This document shows positions 1 to 10,336 of a DNA stretch of 64,000 nucleotides, piece after piece. The stretch comes from Candidatus Bathyarchaeota archaeon (GTDB taxonomy: Archaea; Thermoproteota; Bathyarchaeia; Bathyarchaeales; Bathycorpusculaceae). The DNA is taken from contig CAVYXJ010000013.1 in the NCBI GenBank assembly GCA_963772455.1, positions 96,001-160,000 on the forward strand. Reading direction: 5' to 3'. A model generated the notes under the pieces. It did not search any database. It was not told the origin of the DNA and saw nothing but the letters and a program-made list of their open reading frames with translations. A program made the translations under genes and the position numbers. The stretch's first letter is position 1; every line of letters begins with the position of its first letter.

Positions 1-783
1 GCCATAGTTGTCGTAGATGAGATAAACGCCACTTTTGGCGAGCAACTTGTAATGCTTCAATGCAGCGACATAAAAACTGGTTATATAATCCTGAGGAACT
101 ATGTTCCGAAAGAAAAAATTGAAGCGCTCATAAAAGGAACAAACTTGGAAAAATTTGAAATCATAGCGGATGACCCAAACGTTCTACGTGAAAAACTGTT
201 GGTGGAAGCTTCCCAACACAAACCAGTTGAACTTCAAGCTGGACAGCAAGCAATCGGATCGGTGCCGGTAGATCATGCTTTCAACGTTAAAGGCGTTGGA
301 GTAGTAATTCTCGGAATCGTGGTTTACGGTGTAGTTCAGAAGCATGCAACACTCAATGTTCTTCCAGCCATCAAAACCGCCCAGGTCCGTTCCATCCAAA
401 AACACGACGAAGAATTCGACCTTGCATGGGAAGGCGACCGCGTTGGATTAGCTTTAAAAAATGTTGAAGTGGAAAACTTGGATCGCGGAACCGTCTTAAC
501 AAATGACCCTGCAATCAAAACTTCAACTACATTAAACACGCAGGCAACGCTTGTCAAATATTGGCAAACACCCATCAAGCCAGGCATGGTTATGCATGTT
601 GGTCACTGGACGCAGTTCATAACCGCAAAAGTAGACACTGTATCTGACGCAGGCGACTGGAAAAAACCGACCCTAACCTTAACGCTTGATAAACCACTCG
701 TCCACCGCCCAAACGATAAAGCTGTACTGATGTATTTGGAAGGAGCTAAACTTCGTATAGCTGGAACCATAGATCTGCTATAG
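1..783 (+). CDS. SelB-like / EF-Tu domain II-III translation factor (aSelBL type), 5'-truncated by window edge
   Basis: Frame open from base 1; VDHAFNVKGVGVVILG, VRSIQKHD and GDRVGLALKNV are EF-Tu/SelB domain II motifs; ends after domain III with no SelB domain IV. Confidence 0.8.
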   Translation, partial: AIVVVDEINATFGEQLVMLQCSDIKTGYIILRNYVPKEKIEALIKGTNLEKFEIIADDPNVLREKLLVEASQHKPVELQAGQQAIGSVPVDHAFNVKGVGVVILGIVVYGVVQKHATLNVLPAIKTAQVRSIQKHDEEFDLAWEGDRVGLALKNVEVENLDRGTVLTNDPAIKTSTTLNTQATLVKYWQTPIKPGMVMHVGHWTQFITAKVDTVSDAGDWKKPTLTLTLDKPLVHRPNDKAVLMYLEGAKLRIAGTIDLL

Positions 784-877
784 GTCCTATTCAAGTCTCC
801 AAAGCAGCAAGACAAAAAGTCGTTTGGATAAACCTATTTATCTACTTTTTTAGTATTTTTCTAAGAGGTATCTTATT

Positions 878-1396
878 TTGGCGCTACGTGTTTTCGAAAT
901 TGTCGATAAGTTAAGAATACGAGTTACGCGTTTGTTGAGGCGAAGAAGACGAGAAATCAACATAGACGTCTTTGCAAATCCTGAGAAATACCTGATTTGC
1001 TTGCCGATTGAAAAACTCGTAGCCGACACAAAAGTCGACCCGGAAGCTATAGAGATGTATAAGAAGAAGATTCAAAACGGAGAGAAAATTGCGCCTTTAA
1101 TCGTAATTAAACATCCAAAATTTGAGGAATACGCAGTTCTGGACGGTCACCATCGATACTATGCTCTTTTAGAAACAGGCACGAAAATGGTCAATTGCGC
1201 CCTCGCAGGAGATTTCTCAAGCGTAATTTTTTATATGACTGAACACGGTTATTTTCAACCAAAACCAGAAACCAAAGAAGAAAATCAAAAGAAGATTATA
1301 CACTTGCATGAAAATGTCCAAGATTTTCTTCAAAATTTCCTAAAAGACCCAAATAAACTAAAAACGCCAAAGAGAGAAAACAAACCTGACACTTAA
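878..1396 (+). CDS. ParB/Sulfiredoxin-like N-terminal domain protein
   Basis: PLIVIK...YAVLDGHHRYYAL motif. Confidence 0.75.
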   Translation: MALRVFEIVDKLRIRVTRLLRRRRREINIDVFANPEKYLICLPIEKLVADTKVDPEAIEMYKKKIQNGEKIAPLIVIKHPKFEEYAVLDGHHRYYALLETGTKMVNCALAGDFSSVIFYMTEHGYFQPKPETKEENQKKIIHLHENVQDFLQNFLKDPNKLKTPKRENKPDT

Positions 1397-1626
1397 TTAA
1401 CGAATTTACCTATGAATTAATATTTTTTGTTAGCACCTTTAGCGGAAAAGAAGACGTGCCTTTTTCGCCGATTGCAAAAGTATGGATGAATTCATGGAAA
1501 TTCTCAGAAAAACAGTGGAAGAAACGAAAACGGCGAAAAAGAAAAACTGGAATCGCTACAGAGACTTCAGCGGTTTGTTCCAGTAGACACAAATTCTTAA
1601 AGCAAGCTGTCACAAATAGGTTTACT

Positions 1627-2229
1627 ATGTCTGAGATACGAAATTTTGTTTACCAGAGGATAGGGGCAGCCTCCGGAATAATATCGCCTATAGTTGCATT
1701 CGTCTGCATCCTGACCGCGATTGCATCCTACCCTACATTCAGTTGGACAAACAACGCCTTAAGCGATTTAGGTGTAGTTTCAGGCATAACTTCTTCTCTT
1801 TTCAACTTTGGGCTCCTTGCCAGTGGAATTTTAGCCTTCAACTTTTCAATATTCGGCTTATTCACTTACTCAGGGAGAAGTGGTGTTGGAAAAATAGGTT
1901 CAGCAGTCTTTGCAGCTGCAACCCTAGCACTAATTGGCATCAGTGTCTTTAACGAGAATTTTTCTCCAGTACACTATATTGTTTCCGTAGCGTTCTTCAC
2001 ATTGGCGCCGATTGCTCTTTTCATCTTAACTTTTGGTTTTTGGCTCAATCACCAACGCGAAACAGCGGTTTTCACTGTCGCGGTTGGGGTTGCGGCAGCA
2101 TTGCCATGGCTTCTGTTATTCGCATTTAATTATGTACCTAACGTAGCAATTCCCGAGTTCTTATCTGCTCTTGCTATTTCAGTCTGGGCAATGTTGCTCG
2201 GCAAAAAGATGTTAAGCCCTAAAGTTTGA
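1627..2229 (+). CDS. DUF998-family membrane protein
   Basis: FSWTNNALSDLG motif and about 5 TM helices; ATG 1627 preferred to the longer ORF from 1456. Confidence 0.75.
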   Translation: MSEIRNFVYQRIGAASGIISPIVAFVCILTAIASYPTFSWTNNALSDLGVVSGITSSLFNFGLLASGILAFNFSIFGLFTYSGRSGVGKIGSAVFAAATLALIGISVFNENFSPVHYIVSVAFFTLAPIALFILTFGFWLNHQRETAVFTVAVGVAAALPWLLLFAFNYVPNVAIPEFLSALAISVWAMLLGKKMLSPKV

Positions 2230-3220
2230 TGGCGTCAACGTACATTTGTGCACAGCAAAAAGACGAAAAATCCGTATTGTAACCCCTTCTTTTTGCGTAT
2301 TCAACTCCTTCTTCACTTGGGAACGCAATGGCGTCAACTCCCGCTTTCAATGCTAAAACGTCAGCTTCTGCTCGGCTTCTACCTTTAGGACGCATGCATC
2401 CTAAAATAAGGGGGGTTTCCGGAAACATTAGCCTTGCCAACGCAGCAACTTTAGATATATCGACTGGTTTGGGGGGCGGTGTTTTTGCCATAGCTGTTCC
2501 AAGGATAGGCATGAACGCAATTATCACAAGCGCAGATGGCTTAATCTTCTGTATCATTTGGAGCGCCTGAATTTCCCCGTCGAGTTTGCCATCGTTTAAC
2601 CCAACGATAACGTGGGGAACGATGTTTAATTTTGCTTCTTGAAGCACCTTGAGTGAATTGGCGTAATCTTTGATTGTTACTTTGAGGTTGTATATTTTCT
2701 CTACTGTTTCAGCTGAGCCAATAACATCGATTAAAGCGGCGTCAATGCAAGCTTTCTTGAGTGCGACAGCAGTTTCCTGCTTGACTATGCCTGTGTGAAC
2801 AAAGACTGTTAAGCTGAGTTCCTGCTTAAGTCGCCCAAGTACAGGTACAAAATCGTTTAAAGGCACTGAGCCGTCCGGTAAGCATCCGCCACTGACAAGG
2901 CACCCTTTAGCGCCGTTTTTCTTCAATTTCAACCCTAAATCAAATAGCCCATCGGGGGTCATTGCCGACTGCATTGTTTCAAGGACTTTGCCTCCGCAAT
3001 GTTTGCAATTCAACGCGCAGGCGTTGCCAGTTATTGATATTGTCGGGAATGAGTTTGTTGAAGAGCAATAATGTTTGGTTTTGTAGTAGGTGAAGCTGGG
3101 AGCGTAAAAACGAATAGTGTTTTGCCTTGGTTTGAGGCTTTCTGAATCCAGTAGAGCGCGAAATTCAGTTTCGTTTAGGCTCCAAAGAGCTCCTGGAGAA
3201 AGATTTTGCATATTTTTCAA
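2219..3220 (-). CDS. Radical SAM protein, archaeal lipoyl synthase LipS1-like
   Basis: CALNCKHC radical SAM motif; C-terminal GCMR and CC motifs. Confidence 0.7.
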   Translation of the reverse strand: MKNMQNLSPGALWSLNETEFRALLDSESLKPRQNTIRFYAPSFTYYKTKHYCSSTNSFPTISITGNACALNCKHCGGKVLETMQSAMTPDGLFDLGLKLKKNGAKGCLVSGGCLPDGSVPLNDFVPVLGRLKQELSLTVFVHTGIVKQETAVALKKACIDAALIDVIGSAETVEKIYNLKVTIKDYANSLKVLQEAKLNIVPHVIVGLNDGKLDGEIQALQMIQKIKPSALVIIAFMPILGTAMAKTPPPKPVDISKVAALARLMFPETPLILGCMRPKGRSRAEADVLALKAGVDAIAFPSEEGVEYAKRRGYNTDFSSFCCAQMYVDAIKL

Positions 3221-3338
3221 ACGTAAGAATTCTTTGTCTAGCTTAATAGGTTATTCAAATTTCAAAGTGATACATAACTACTCGAAAAAGTTCTGAATCA
3301 GTTAAAAAAAAGAAAAGTTCAAGGCCGCTTTGGAACGC

Positions 3339-6134
3339 TTAAGTGTGATCGTGTTTGCTTAGGTCTTCAGCTTTTTTGCCGAATCGTCTTGAGATAAACT
3401 TACGAATTTCTTCTGCAAAGACAACTATCAATGCCAGTGAGATTAGGTATATCCAATCTGTGAAGCCAAGCGCGGTTGTTCCAAAGACATGTTGCATTAC
3501 CGGTACGTATATCAGGACTGCTAGAATTGAGATTTGTGACACTATGCCTGCGATTATCCATTTGTTGGTTTTGAGGCTGGTTCTAAAAATGGATTGTTTG
3601 CTGGTTCGACAGGCTAAGACGTTTCCTGCTTGCGCCACTACTATACCCGCGAACATCATAGTGACACCTTTGAGGTAGAGTGGGTTTGGTGTTATTCCTT
3701 TTACTCCAAATTGCCAGTCGCTGGGTACAGGCATTCCAATTTGCCATCCGCCTGCGGCCCAAGCGTTTAGGCATCCAATCATTGCGCCTACAGCAATGAT
3801 TACTCCGATGAACACTGAGCGGATAAGGACTCTGCGCGTAAACAACCTTTCTTTGATGCTTCGTGGCGGTTCCTGCATGATTCCTGCTTCTGGGGGTTCA
3901 CGGCTCAACGCTAAGCTGGGAATAACTTCTATTGCTAAATCGATGGCTAACACTTGGACGACGAGTAGCGGCAGAGGAATACCCAATGCTGCATAGAGAA
4001 CGAACGGAATGAGTTCTGCCCAGTTATGGCTGAACACGTAGACAATGAATTTGCGTATATTCTCGTAAATTGCCCTGCCGGACTCAACTGCTTTAACGAT
4101 TGATGCAAAACTGTCATTGAGTAGCACAATGTCTGCGGCTTCCCTTGCAACATCCGTGCCGGAAGCACCCATGGCTACACCGATGTTGGCTTCCTTAAGT
4201 GAAGGCGCATCGTTTGCTCCATCCCCAGTAACTGCAACTATTTCGCCACTTCCCTTGAGAACTTTAACTATCCGAAGCTTCTGTTCAGGGGCAACCCGAG
4301 CGAAAATCACATTACCTTTCTTGACTTCGTCAACTATGGCTTTGTCACTTAAGTCATCAAGGTCAACGCCCCGTATAACTTGCGCAAAGTCCTTTTCAAC
4401 TATGCCGACTTCTTGAGCTATGGCTTGTGCGGTTGGACCATAATCACCTGTGATGATGACAGTTTTTATTCCGGCTTGTTTAGCTTTTTGAACAGCGTTT
4501 TTCACTTCTTTTCTCGGTGGGTCGCGCATTCCTGCTAAACCGACAAAAATAAGGTCTTTTTCGGTTTCTTCATCCTTCTTATAATCGCCTTTTGGAATTT
4601 GTTTGTACGCAACCGCTATAACACGTAGACCTTCATTGGCAAATTCATGGATTCTTGTCTCTATCCAATCCATATTTTCTTGAGTTAAATCTTCTACTTT
4701 ACCATCCACAAAAATTTTGTTGCATAAATCCAAAATGTTTCTTGGGGCACCTTTGGTATAAATCAAAACATTGCCATTTAATGAGTGGACCGTGCTCATT
4801 CGTTTTCGCTCAAAACTGAATGGCAAAATGTCAATAGTAGGTTTCTCAGCGATTAGTTCTTCAATGCTTTGACCATATTTCAAAGCTGCAACCAGAAGTG
4901 CTCCATCGGTTGGGTCACCAATGACGCTCCAATTTTTGTTGCGGTCAGTGGGCGGATCAATTTTAGCGCCATTGCAAAGGGCAGCAATTTCAAGAAGTTT
5001 ATCTAGAGATTTTGTTTCTCCTTCTTTGAGAGGTTGGCCGTTTATTGAGAAGTCGCCTGCTGGCATATAGCCCAAGCCTGAAACTTCGATAATTCTGTCT
5101 TTTACCCAGAGTTTGTTAACGGTCATTTCGCCCTTGGTGATTGTGCCTGTTTTGTCTGTGCAAATTACGGTGACGCTGCCCAACGTTTGCACTGCTGACA
5201 AGCGTTTGACAAGAACGTGTTGTTTAACCATCTTCAGTACGTTGATGGCTAATGCGCTTGAAACTGTAACCTGCAAACCTTCAGGCACACAGCAAACCAT
5301 GACACCGATCATGAAAAGAATACTATTTGCAGGAGGAACATTCAAGAAAATAAGACTAACAATAAAGAAGGCTGTCCCAACAACTACAGCGATAATAAAG
5401 TCATACTTGGCGGTCAAGGCAATTTCTTTTTGCAGAGGGCTATCTTCTTCTTTAATCGTCTGAGTTAAACTGGCGATTTTCCCAAACTGCGTTTCCATGC
5501 CTGTAGCGTAAACAACAGCTTTTCCCTGACCCTTAGCCACGCTTGTGCTCATAAAAACAAGGTCAGGTGCATACAAGTATGCCTTCTCAACTATTTTTAC
5601 TGGTTCAGCAACCCGCGGTTGTGGCTCAGATTCCCCAGTTAAAGGTACGTTATTTGTCCATAAATCAAAAACTTCTAGCAAACGTGCATCTGCGGGTACA
5701 CGGTCGCCTTCTTCCAATTGAACGATATCTCCAGGAACAATCTCTCTTACAGAGATTTTCTTAAGTTCGCCATCTCGGAAAACTTTGGCGTATTCGGGCA
5801 TCCAGCTCTTGAGGGTTTCCATGGCTTTTTCTGCACGCGCTTCCTGGAAGATGCTAACAAAAATGTTGACGAAAACAACTGCAAGAATGATTAAAGCTAG
5901 TTCTGGGCTTCCACTAAAATATGATAAGCCAGCTGCAACAATTAGTAAGATTCCGAACAAATCCTTAAGGTTGCGGATAAACTTGTAAATGAATGGAACT
6001 TGCCTTTTTTCGGATAACTTGTTGTAACCGTATTTTTTGAGCCGTAGCTTAGCTTCTTGACTGGTTAATCCGTTTTCTGATGTGTTTAAGTCGTTAAAAA
6101 CCTCGTTAATCGGCAAAGAAGCAGCTTTTTCCAA
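3339..6134 (-). CDS. P-type (P2, Na+/K+-ATPase-like) cation-transporting ATPase
   Basis: TGES, PEGL, DKTGT, KGAP, DPPR, TGDGANDAPSLK motifs; about 10 TM helices. Confidence 0.92.
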   Translation of the reverse strand: MEKAASLPINEVFNDLNTSENGLTSQEAKLRLKKYGYNKLSEKRQVPFIYKFIRNLKDLFGILLIVAAGLSYFSGSPELALIILAVVFVNIFVSIFQEARAEKAMETLKSWMPEYAKVFRDGELKKISVREIVPGDIVQLEEGDRVPADARLLEVFDLWTNNVPLTGESEPQPRVAEPVKIVEKAYLYAPDLVFMSTSVAKGQGKAVVYATGMETQFGKIASLTQTIKEEDSPLQKEIALTAKYDFIIAVVVGTAFFIVSLIFLNVPPANSILFMIGVMVCCVPEGLQVTVSSALAINVLKMVKQHVLVKRLSAVQTLGSVTVICTDKTGTITKGEMTVNKLWVKDRIIEVSGLGYMPAGDFSINGQPLKEGETKSLDKLLEIAALCNGAKIDPPTDRNKNWSVIGDPTDGALLVAALKYGQSIEELIAEKPTIDILPFSFERKRMSTVHSLNGNVLIYTKGAPRNILDLCNKIFVDGKVEDLTQENMDWIETRIHEFANEGLRVIAVAYKQIPKGDYKKDEETEKDLIFVGLAGMRDPPRKEVKNAVQKAKQAGIKTVIITGDYGPTAQAIAQEVGIVEKDFAQVIRGVDLDDLSDKAIVDEVKKGNVIFARVAPEQKLRIVKVLKGSGEIVAVTGDGANDAPSLKEANIGVAMGASGTDVAREAADIVLLNDSFASIVKAVESGRAIYENIRKFIVYVFSHNWAELIPFVLYAALGIPLPLLVVQVLAIDLAIEVIPSLALSREPPEAGIMQEPPRSIKERLFTRRVLIRSVFIGVIIAVGAMIGCLNAWAAGGWQIGMPVPSDWQFGVKGITPNPLYLKGVTMMFAGIVVAQAGNVLACRTSKQSIFRTSLKTNKWIIAGIVSQISILAVLIYVPVMQHVFGTTALGFTDWIYLISLALIVVFAEEIRKFISRRFGKKAEDLSKHDHT

Positions 6135-6772
6135 TTTTATTCCGCCAAAACCCCAAGAATATTGCTAGTTAATAACAACCTCGACAATAAGTGAAGATGA
6201 AAGGTGCTAAGGACTCTTTATGTAATATGTTATTTTCCTGAGCATCATTTGGATGATACATTCATATCCTCATCGTTTTAAACTTCATCGTCAATTTTGA
6301 TGGTTTAATTTTAGGTAATTTGTTGGTTGTTGCTTTTAAACTAATCGTAGTTGAAATAGTTTTCAACCAAAAAGAAATCAAAGATAATGGTGTATTGTAT
6401 GCAGAGCGTTTCTTGGTCAATTAATATTTTCTTCTCCTTTAACTTCGAATTATTTGTCCAATAGGAAATAAAATAGATTTATTCTTTTTTGCGAATTAGC
6501 CTTAACCAACTTGCGAATTAACCTAAAGACAGACAATAGAACAATATTCGATAAAAATTAATGCATAATTTTGGGAAAAACCAAGACAAAATTTACTCGA
6601 TACAGCATTTTTAGTATTAATATTTTCAGAAAAATCATTCCATAAAGTTAATAGGCTACAAACTCACTTTCCATGTAGTTTACCATTTCATGAGAGAGTA
6701 AATAATGCTTCAAATACCTAAAATACAGATCTTTCAAGTGAAAAATTCAAATAAATTGGAGATAGATTAATT

Positions 6773-8989
6773 ATGGCGCGTTATAGGCAAACAGACGAAA
6801 TTGTAAAACTGATGGAAACCCCCATTTTCGTACGCAACACCAGCATCATCGCTCACGTTGACCATGGAAAAACAACCCTGGCTGACAGCCTTCTGGCAGC
6901 TGCAGGTATCATCAGTACCCAAACAGCAGGACAGAAACTGTTCCTAGACTCATGGGACCTTGAGCAGAAACGTCAAATGACTGTCTTTGCTTCAAACGTC
7001 AGCTTAGTCCACACTTATCAAGAAAAAGATTACTTAATCAACCTAATCGACACACCTGGTCACATCGACTTTTCAGGAGCTGTGACAAGAAGTCTGCGAG
7101 CAGTTGATGGGGCACTCGTAGTTGTTGATGCAGTTGAAGGACCAATGACCCAGACCGAAACCGTTCTAATGCAGGCCCTAAGAGAACGCGTAAAGCCAAT
7201 TCTATTTATCAACAAAGTTGACCGTTTGATTAAAGAAATTAAACTAACCCCTCAAGAAATCCAAAAGAAATTTGCAAAAATTCTCCTAAGAGTTAACACT
7301 TTAATAGAGAAATATGCACCTGCCGAGCACAAGAAAGACTGGCAAGTAACCATTGAAGATAGTCGTGTAGCCTTTGGATCAGCTCTTCACAAATGGGGTT
7401 TAAATCTTGATCATATGCGAATGAAGAAAGTTACCTTCCAAGACATCATCGACGCTTACACAGGCGACCCAATTGAAGTCGGTAGAAAAGTGGATGAACT
7501 CAGTAAACGAGCTCCCTTGCCAGAACCAATCTTGGACATGTTCGTTAAACATCTTCCAAACCCGTATGAAGCACAGCCCTATCGGCAACCTCAGATTTGG
7601 CCAGGAGATGTTTCCAGCAAAACAGGTCAAGGAATGGCAAAAGTTGATCCTAAGGCACCGTTGCTCATGTGTATCTCAACAATTGAAGTAGATCCACACA
7701 GCGGAACAGTTGCAATCGGCAGAATATTCAGCGGTGCAATCGAAAGAGGCAAAACCGTTCAGCTTTTAAGCAGCAATCAAAAAGGCACCATTCAACAAGT
7801 ATTCATGAGTATGGCGACTGATCGTGTTCTCATTGACCGGGTTCCAGCAGGTAACATCGGAGCAATTTCCGGATTACCATCTATCCATGTAGGTGAAACC
7901 ATCGCTGAAGAAGGCGAAGAAGTACATTCTTTCGAAGGCTTAAACTACGTTTCTGACCCAGTCGTTACCGTAGCCGTTGAACCAGAAGACGTCAAAGACT
8001 TACCCTTATTCGATAAAGTCATGCACAAACTGACTACAGAAGACCCCAACTTACACTTCATCATGAACAAAGAAAGCGGAGAATTTCTCTTATCAGGAAT
8101 GGGTGAGCTCCACCTTGAAATTACTGCTTACCGAATGCAGGAAGCTGGATTAAAAGTTAAACTCAGCAAGCCAATTGTCATTTTCAGGGAAACTATCAGC
8201 CACGATTACAGGGGACCAGCAATCATGGGTAAAAGCCCCAATAAACACAACAAACTCTGGATTACCATAGACAAATTGTCTGACGAAGTTATCGAGGCAA
8301 TTAAGTCCGAAAAAATCACTGACATGCAAAGCAGGGACGAACGAACTAAAACTTTGCGCGCACTTGGTTGGGCACCAGACGAAGCCAAAGGAGCAGTAGC
8401 AGTTGAAGAAAACTGCATACTCTGCAACCGAATCCGTGGACGCCAATACGTAGAAGAAATCATCGACCACATAAAAACAGGATTCCGCGAAGCAGTACAC
8501 ACTTCACCACTCGCCAAGGAACCAGCTTACGGATTAAAAATTAACCTTGAAGACATCGTTCTACATGAAGACCCAGTTCACAGAGGTCCCGCACAAGCTA
8601 TACCAATGACTTGGAGACCAATCTACTGCGCTATACTCCTGAGCGATCCAAAACTACTTGAACCATTAATGAGTTTCGAATGCAAAGTTCCAAGCGAATA
8701 CGTCAGCGCCGTCATCACAATGCTAAACAAACGCCGCGGAAAAATCCTAGACATGCCCTCAGAAGATGACATAATCACCGTTAAAGCAGAAATGCCAGTT
8801 TCAGAAAGCTTCGGCATAGCTGACGAATTGCGCGGTTCAACTTCAGGCAGAGCATTTTGGGCAACACAGTTCAGTCGTTGGGCATATGTTCCAGAACAAA
8901 TGCAAGCTGATACCATCAAGAAGATCCGTGAACGCAGAGGACTACCATTAGTTCCGCCAAAGCCAGAAGAATACTTCGAGAAAGAATAA
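6773..8989 (+). CDS. Elongation factor 2 family GTPase, probably the archaeal EF-2 paralog
   Basis: AHVDHGKTT, DTPGH, NKVD, GMGELHLE, HEDPVHRGPAQ; switch I is RQMT instead of RGIT; not in a ribosomal protein operon. Confidence 0.9.
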   Translation: MARYRQTDEIVKLMETPIFVRNTSIIAHVDHGKTTLADSLLAAAGIISTQTAGQKLFLDSWDLEQKRQMTVFASNVSLVHTYQEKDYLINLIDTPGHIDFSGAVTRSLRAVDGALVVVDAVEGPMTQTETVLMQALRERVKPILFINKVDRLIKEIKLTPQEIQKKFAKILLRVNTLIEKYAPAEHKKDWQVTIEDSRVAFGSALHKWGLNLDHMRMKKVTFQDIIDAYTGDPIEVGRKVDELSKRAPLPEPILDMFVKHLPNPYEAQPYRQPQIWPGDVSSKTGQGMAKVDPKAPLLMCISTIEVDPHSGTVAIGRIFSGAIERGKTVQLLSSNQKGTIQQVFMSMATDRVLIDRVPAGNIGAISGLPSIHVGETIAEEGEEVHSFEGLNYVSDPVVTVAVEPEDVKDLPLFDKVMHKLTTEDPNLHFIMNKESGEFLLSGMGELHLEITAYRMQEAGLKVKLSKPIVIFRETISHDYRGPAIMGKSPNKHNKLWITIDKLSDEVIEAIKSEKITDMQSRDERTKTLRALGWAPDEAKGAVAVEENCILCNRIRGRQYVEEIIDHIKTGFREAVHTSPLAKEPAYGLKINLEDIVLHEDPVHRGPAQAIPMTWRPIYCAILLSDPKLLEPLMSFECKVPSEYVSAVITMLNKRRGKILDMPSEDDIITVKAEMPVSESFGIADELRGSTSGRAFWATQFSRWAYVPEQMQADTIKKIRERRGLPLVPPKPEEYFEKE

Positions 8990-9070
8990 TCTTCTTTCTA
9001 AAATTTTTATTTTTTTATTTTTATAAAAAAAAGTTTTTCTTTCTAAATCTATAAAATTGCTTGTTTTTTT
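8990..9070 (+). terminator. Oligo-T archaeal terminator region after EF-2
   Basis: Several T5-T8 runs directly after the stop codon. Confidence 0.45.
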
Positions 9071-9108
9071 GGAGTAAGGCTTTAATCCACATTTTGAATT
9101 AAGGTTCA

Positions 9109-9705
9109 GTGAAGAATATGATTATTGGAATTTGCGGGAGCCCACGTAAACAAGCAACAGAATATGTTCTTGAACAAGCCCTTGCAATGTTGCAGGAAAA
9201 GGGGTTAGAAACTAAATTATGGTCAGTTCATGGAAAATGGGTTGACTACTGCGCACACTGCGATTATTGTCTAAAAAACAAGGAATGCATAGTCCAAGAT
9301 GATGTGCAGGAACTCTACGCCCTTCTCACAGGAGCCCAAGGAATCATTTTTGCATCCCCCGTCTACAACGGCGGAGTAAGCGCCCAAACAAAAGCAGTTA
9401 TGGATAGAATGCGGGCGGCGGTTGCTTCGGACAAGAATTTTTTCAAAGGCAAAATAGGCATGGGCATCGTAACAGGTGGCGACAGGAATGGCGGCCAAGA
9501 ATTTGCGCTCATGCAGATTCACAATTTCTTCATTATAAATGGGATGATCCCTGTTGGCGGCGGATTTTTTGGCGCTAACTTAGGCGCAACATTTTGGAGC
9601 AAAGACACACTGGAAGGTGTCAAGCTGGATGAGGAAGGGTTTAGAAGCCTAAAAAAAACCACTAAACGCTTCGCAGAATATGTTGACATTTACATTAAAA
9701 AGTAA
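9109..9705 (+). CDS. Iron-sulfur flavoprotein (Isf / flavodoxin-like)
   Basis: GSPRK; CAHCDYC-x5-C; ASPVYNG; GGDRNGGQE. Confidence 0.88.
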   Translation: MKNMIIGICGSPRKQATEYVLEQALAMLQEKGLETKLWSVHGKWVDYCAHCDYCLKNKECIVQDDVQELYALLTGAQGIIFASPVYNGGVSAQTKAVMDRMRAAVASDKNFFKGKIGMGIVTGGDRNGGQEFALMQIHNFFIINGMIPVGGGFFGANLGATFWSKDTLEGVKLDEEGFRSLKKTTKRFAEYVDIYIKK

Positions 9706-9716
9706 GGTGAATTATT

Positions 9717-10301
9717 ATGGCCGAAGTTAAAGTTAAGAAACGTAAGGTTGCTTGGGGTATCACTGGTGCAGGAGATAAAATCCAAGAAATCATCGAAACC
9801 ATGAAGGACTTAAAAAAGCAGTCAGAAGACATTTTGGAGATTGACGTTTTCATCTCGAAGGCAGGAGAAACTATGCTCAAATTCTACCGTTTAGACGAGG
9901 AGTTAAAGAACAACTTTACCAAAGTTACGGTTGAAATGAACTCAAACTCGCCTTTCTTGGCAGGTATGGTGCAAAGTGGCAAGTACGAATTTCTTTTGAT
10001 TATGCCAGCTTCCTCAAACACTGTAGCAAAACTGGTTAACGGCATAGGAGATACATTGCTTACAAACTCGGCGTTAATGAGTCTCAAAGCATTCGTGCCT
10101 GTTTGGGTTATGCCAGTAGATTTCAAAGAAAGCATCGTTTATACCAAACTGCCCAATGGCAAAGAAATGAAACTGCGAGTACGCAAAGAAGAGGCAGACC
10201 AAGTACGCAAACTGGAACAAACTGAGGATGTTCGTGTGTTCGAGAACCCAGCGAAGGTACATGAAGGTTTTTTGGAGTGGCTAAAAACTATTAAGGCGTA
10301 A
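9717..10301 (+). CDS. afpA: Archaeoflavoprotein AfpA
   Basis: VAWGITGAG, NSNSPFLAG, PASSNTVAK, GIGDTLLTN HFCD-family motifs; follows Isf. Confidence 0.82.
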   Translation: MAEVKVKKRKVAWGITGAGDKIQEIIETMKDLKKQSEDILEIDVFISKAGETMLKFYRLDEELKNNFTKVTVEMNSNSPFLAGMVQSGKYEFLLIMPASSNTVAKLVNGIGDTLLTNSALMSLKAFVPVWVMPVDFKESIVYTKLPNGKEMKLRVRKEEADQVRKLEQTEDVRVFENPAKVHEGFLEWLKTIKA

Positions 10302-10336
10302 GGAACAGCCTATCAACTTTCAATTAAATCCTTAAA

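Noticed and set aside
6191-6241. Possible C/D box sRNA (GTGAAGA...CTGA, 51 nt) or riboswitch upstream of the ATPase
   Set aside because: Internal boxes are degenerate, the guides are AT-rich with no evident target, and there is no riboswitch consensus match.
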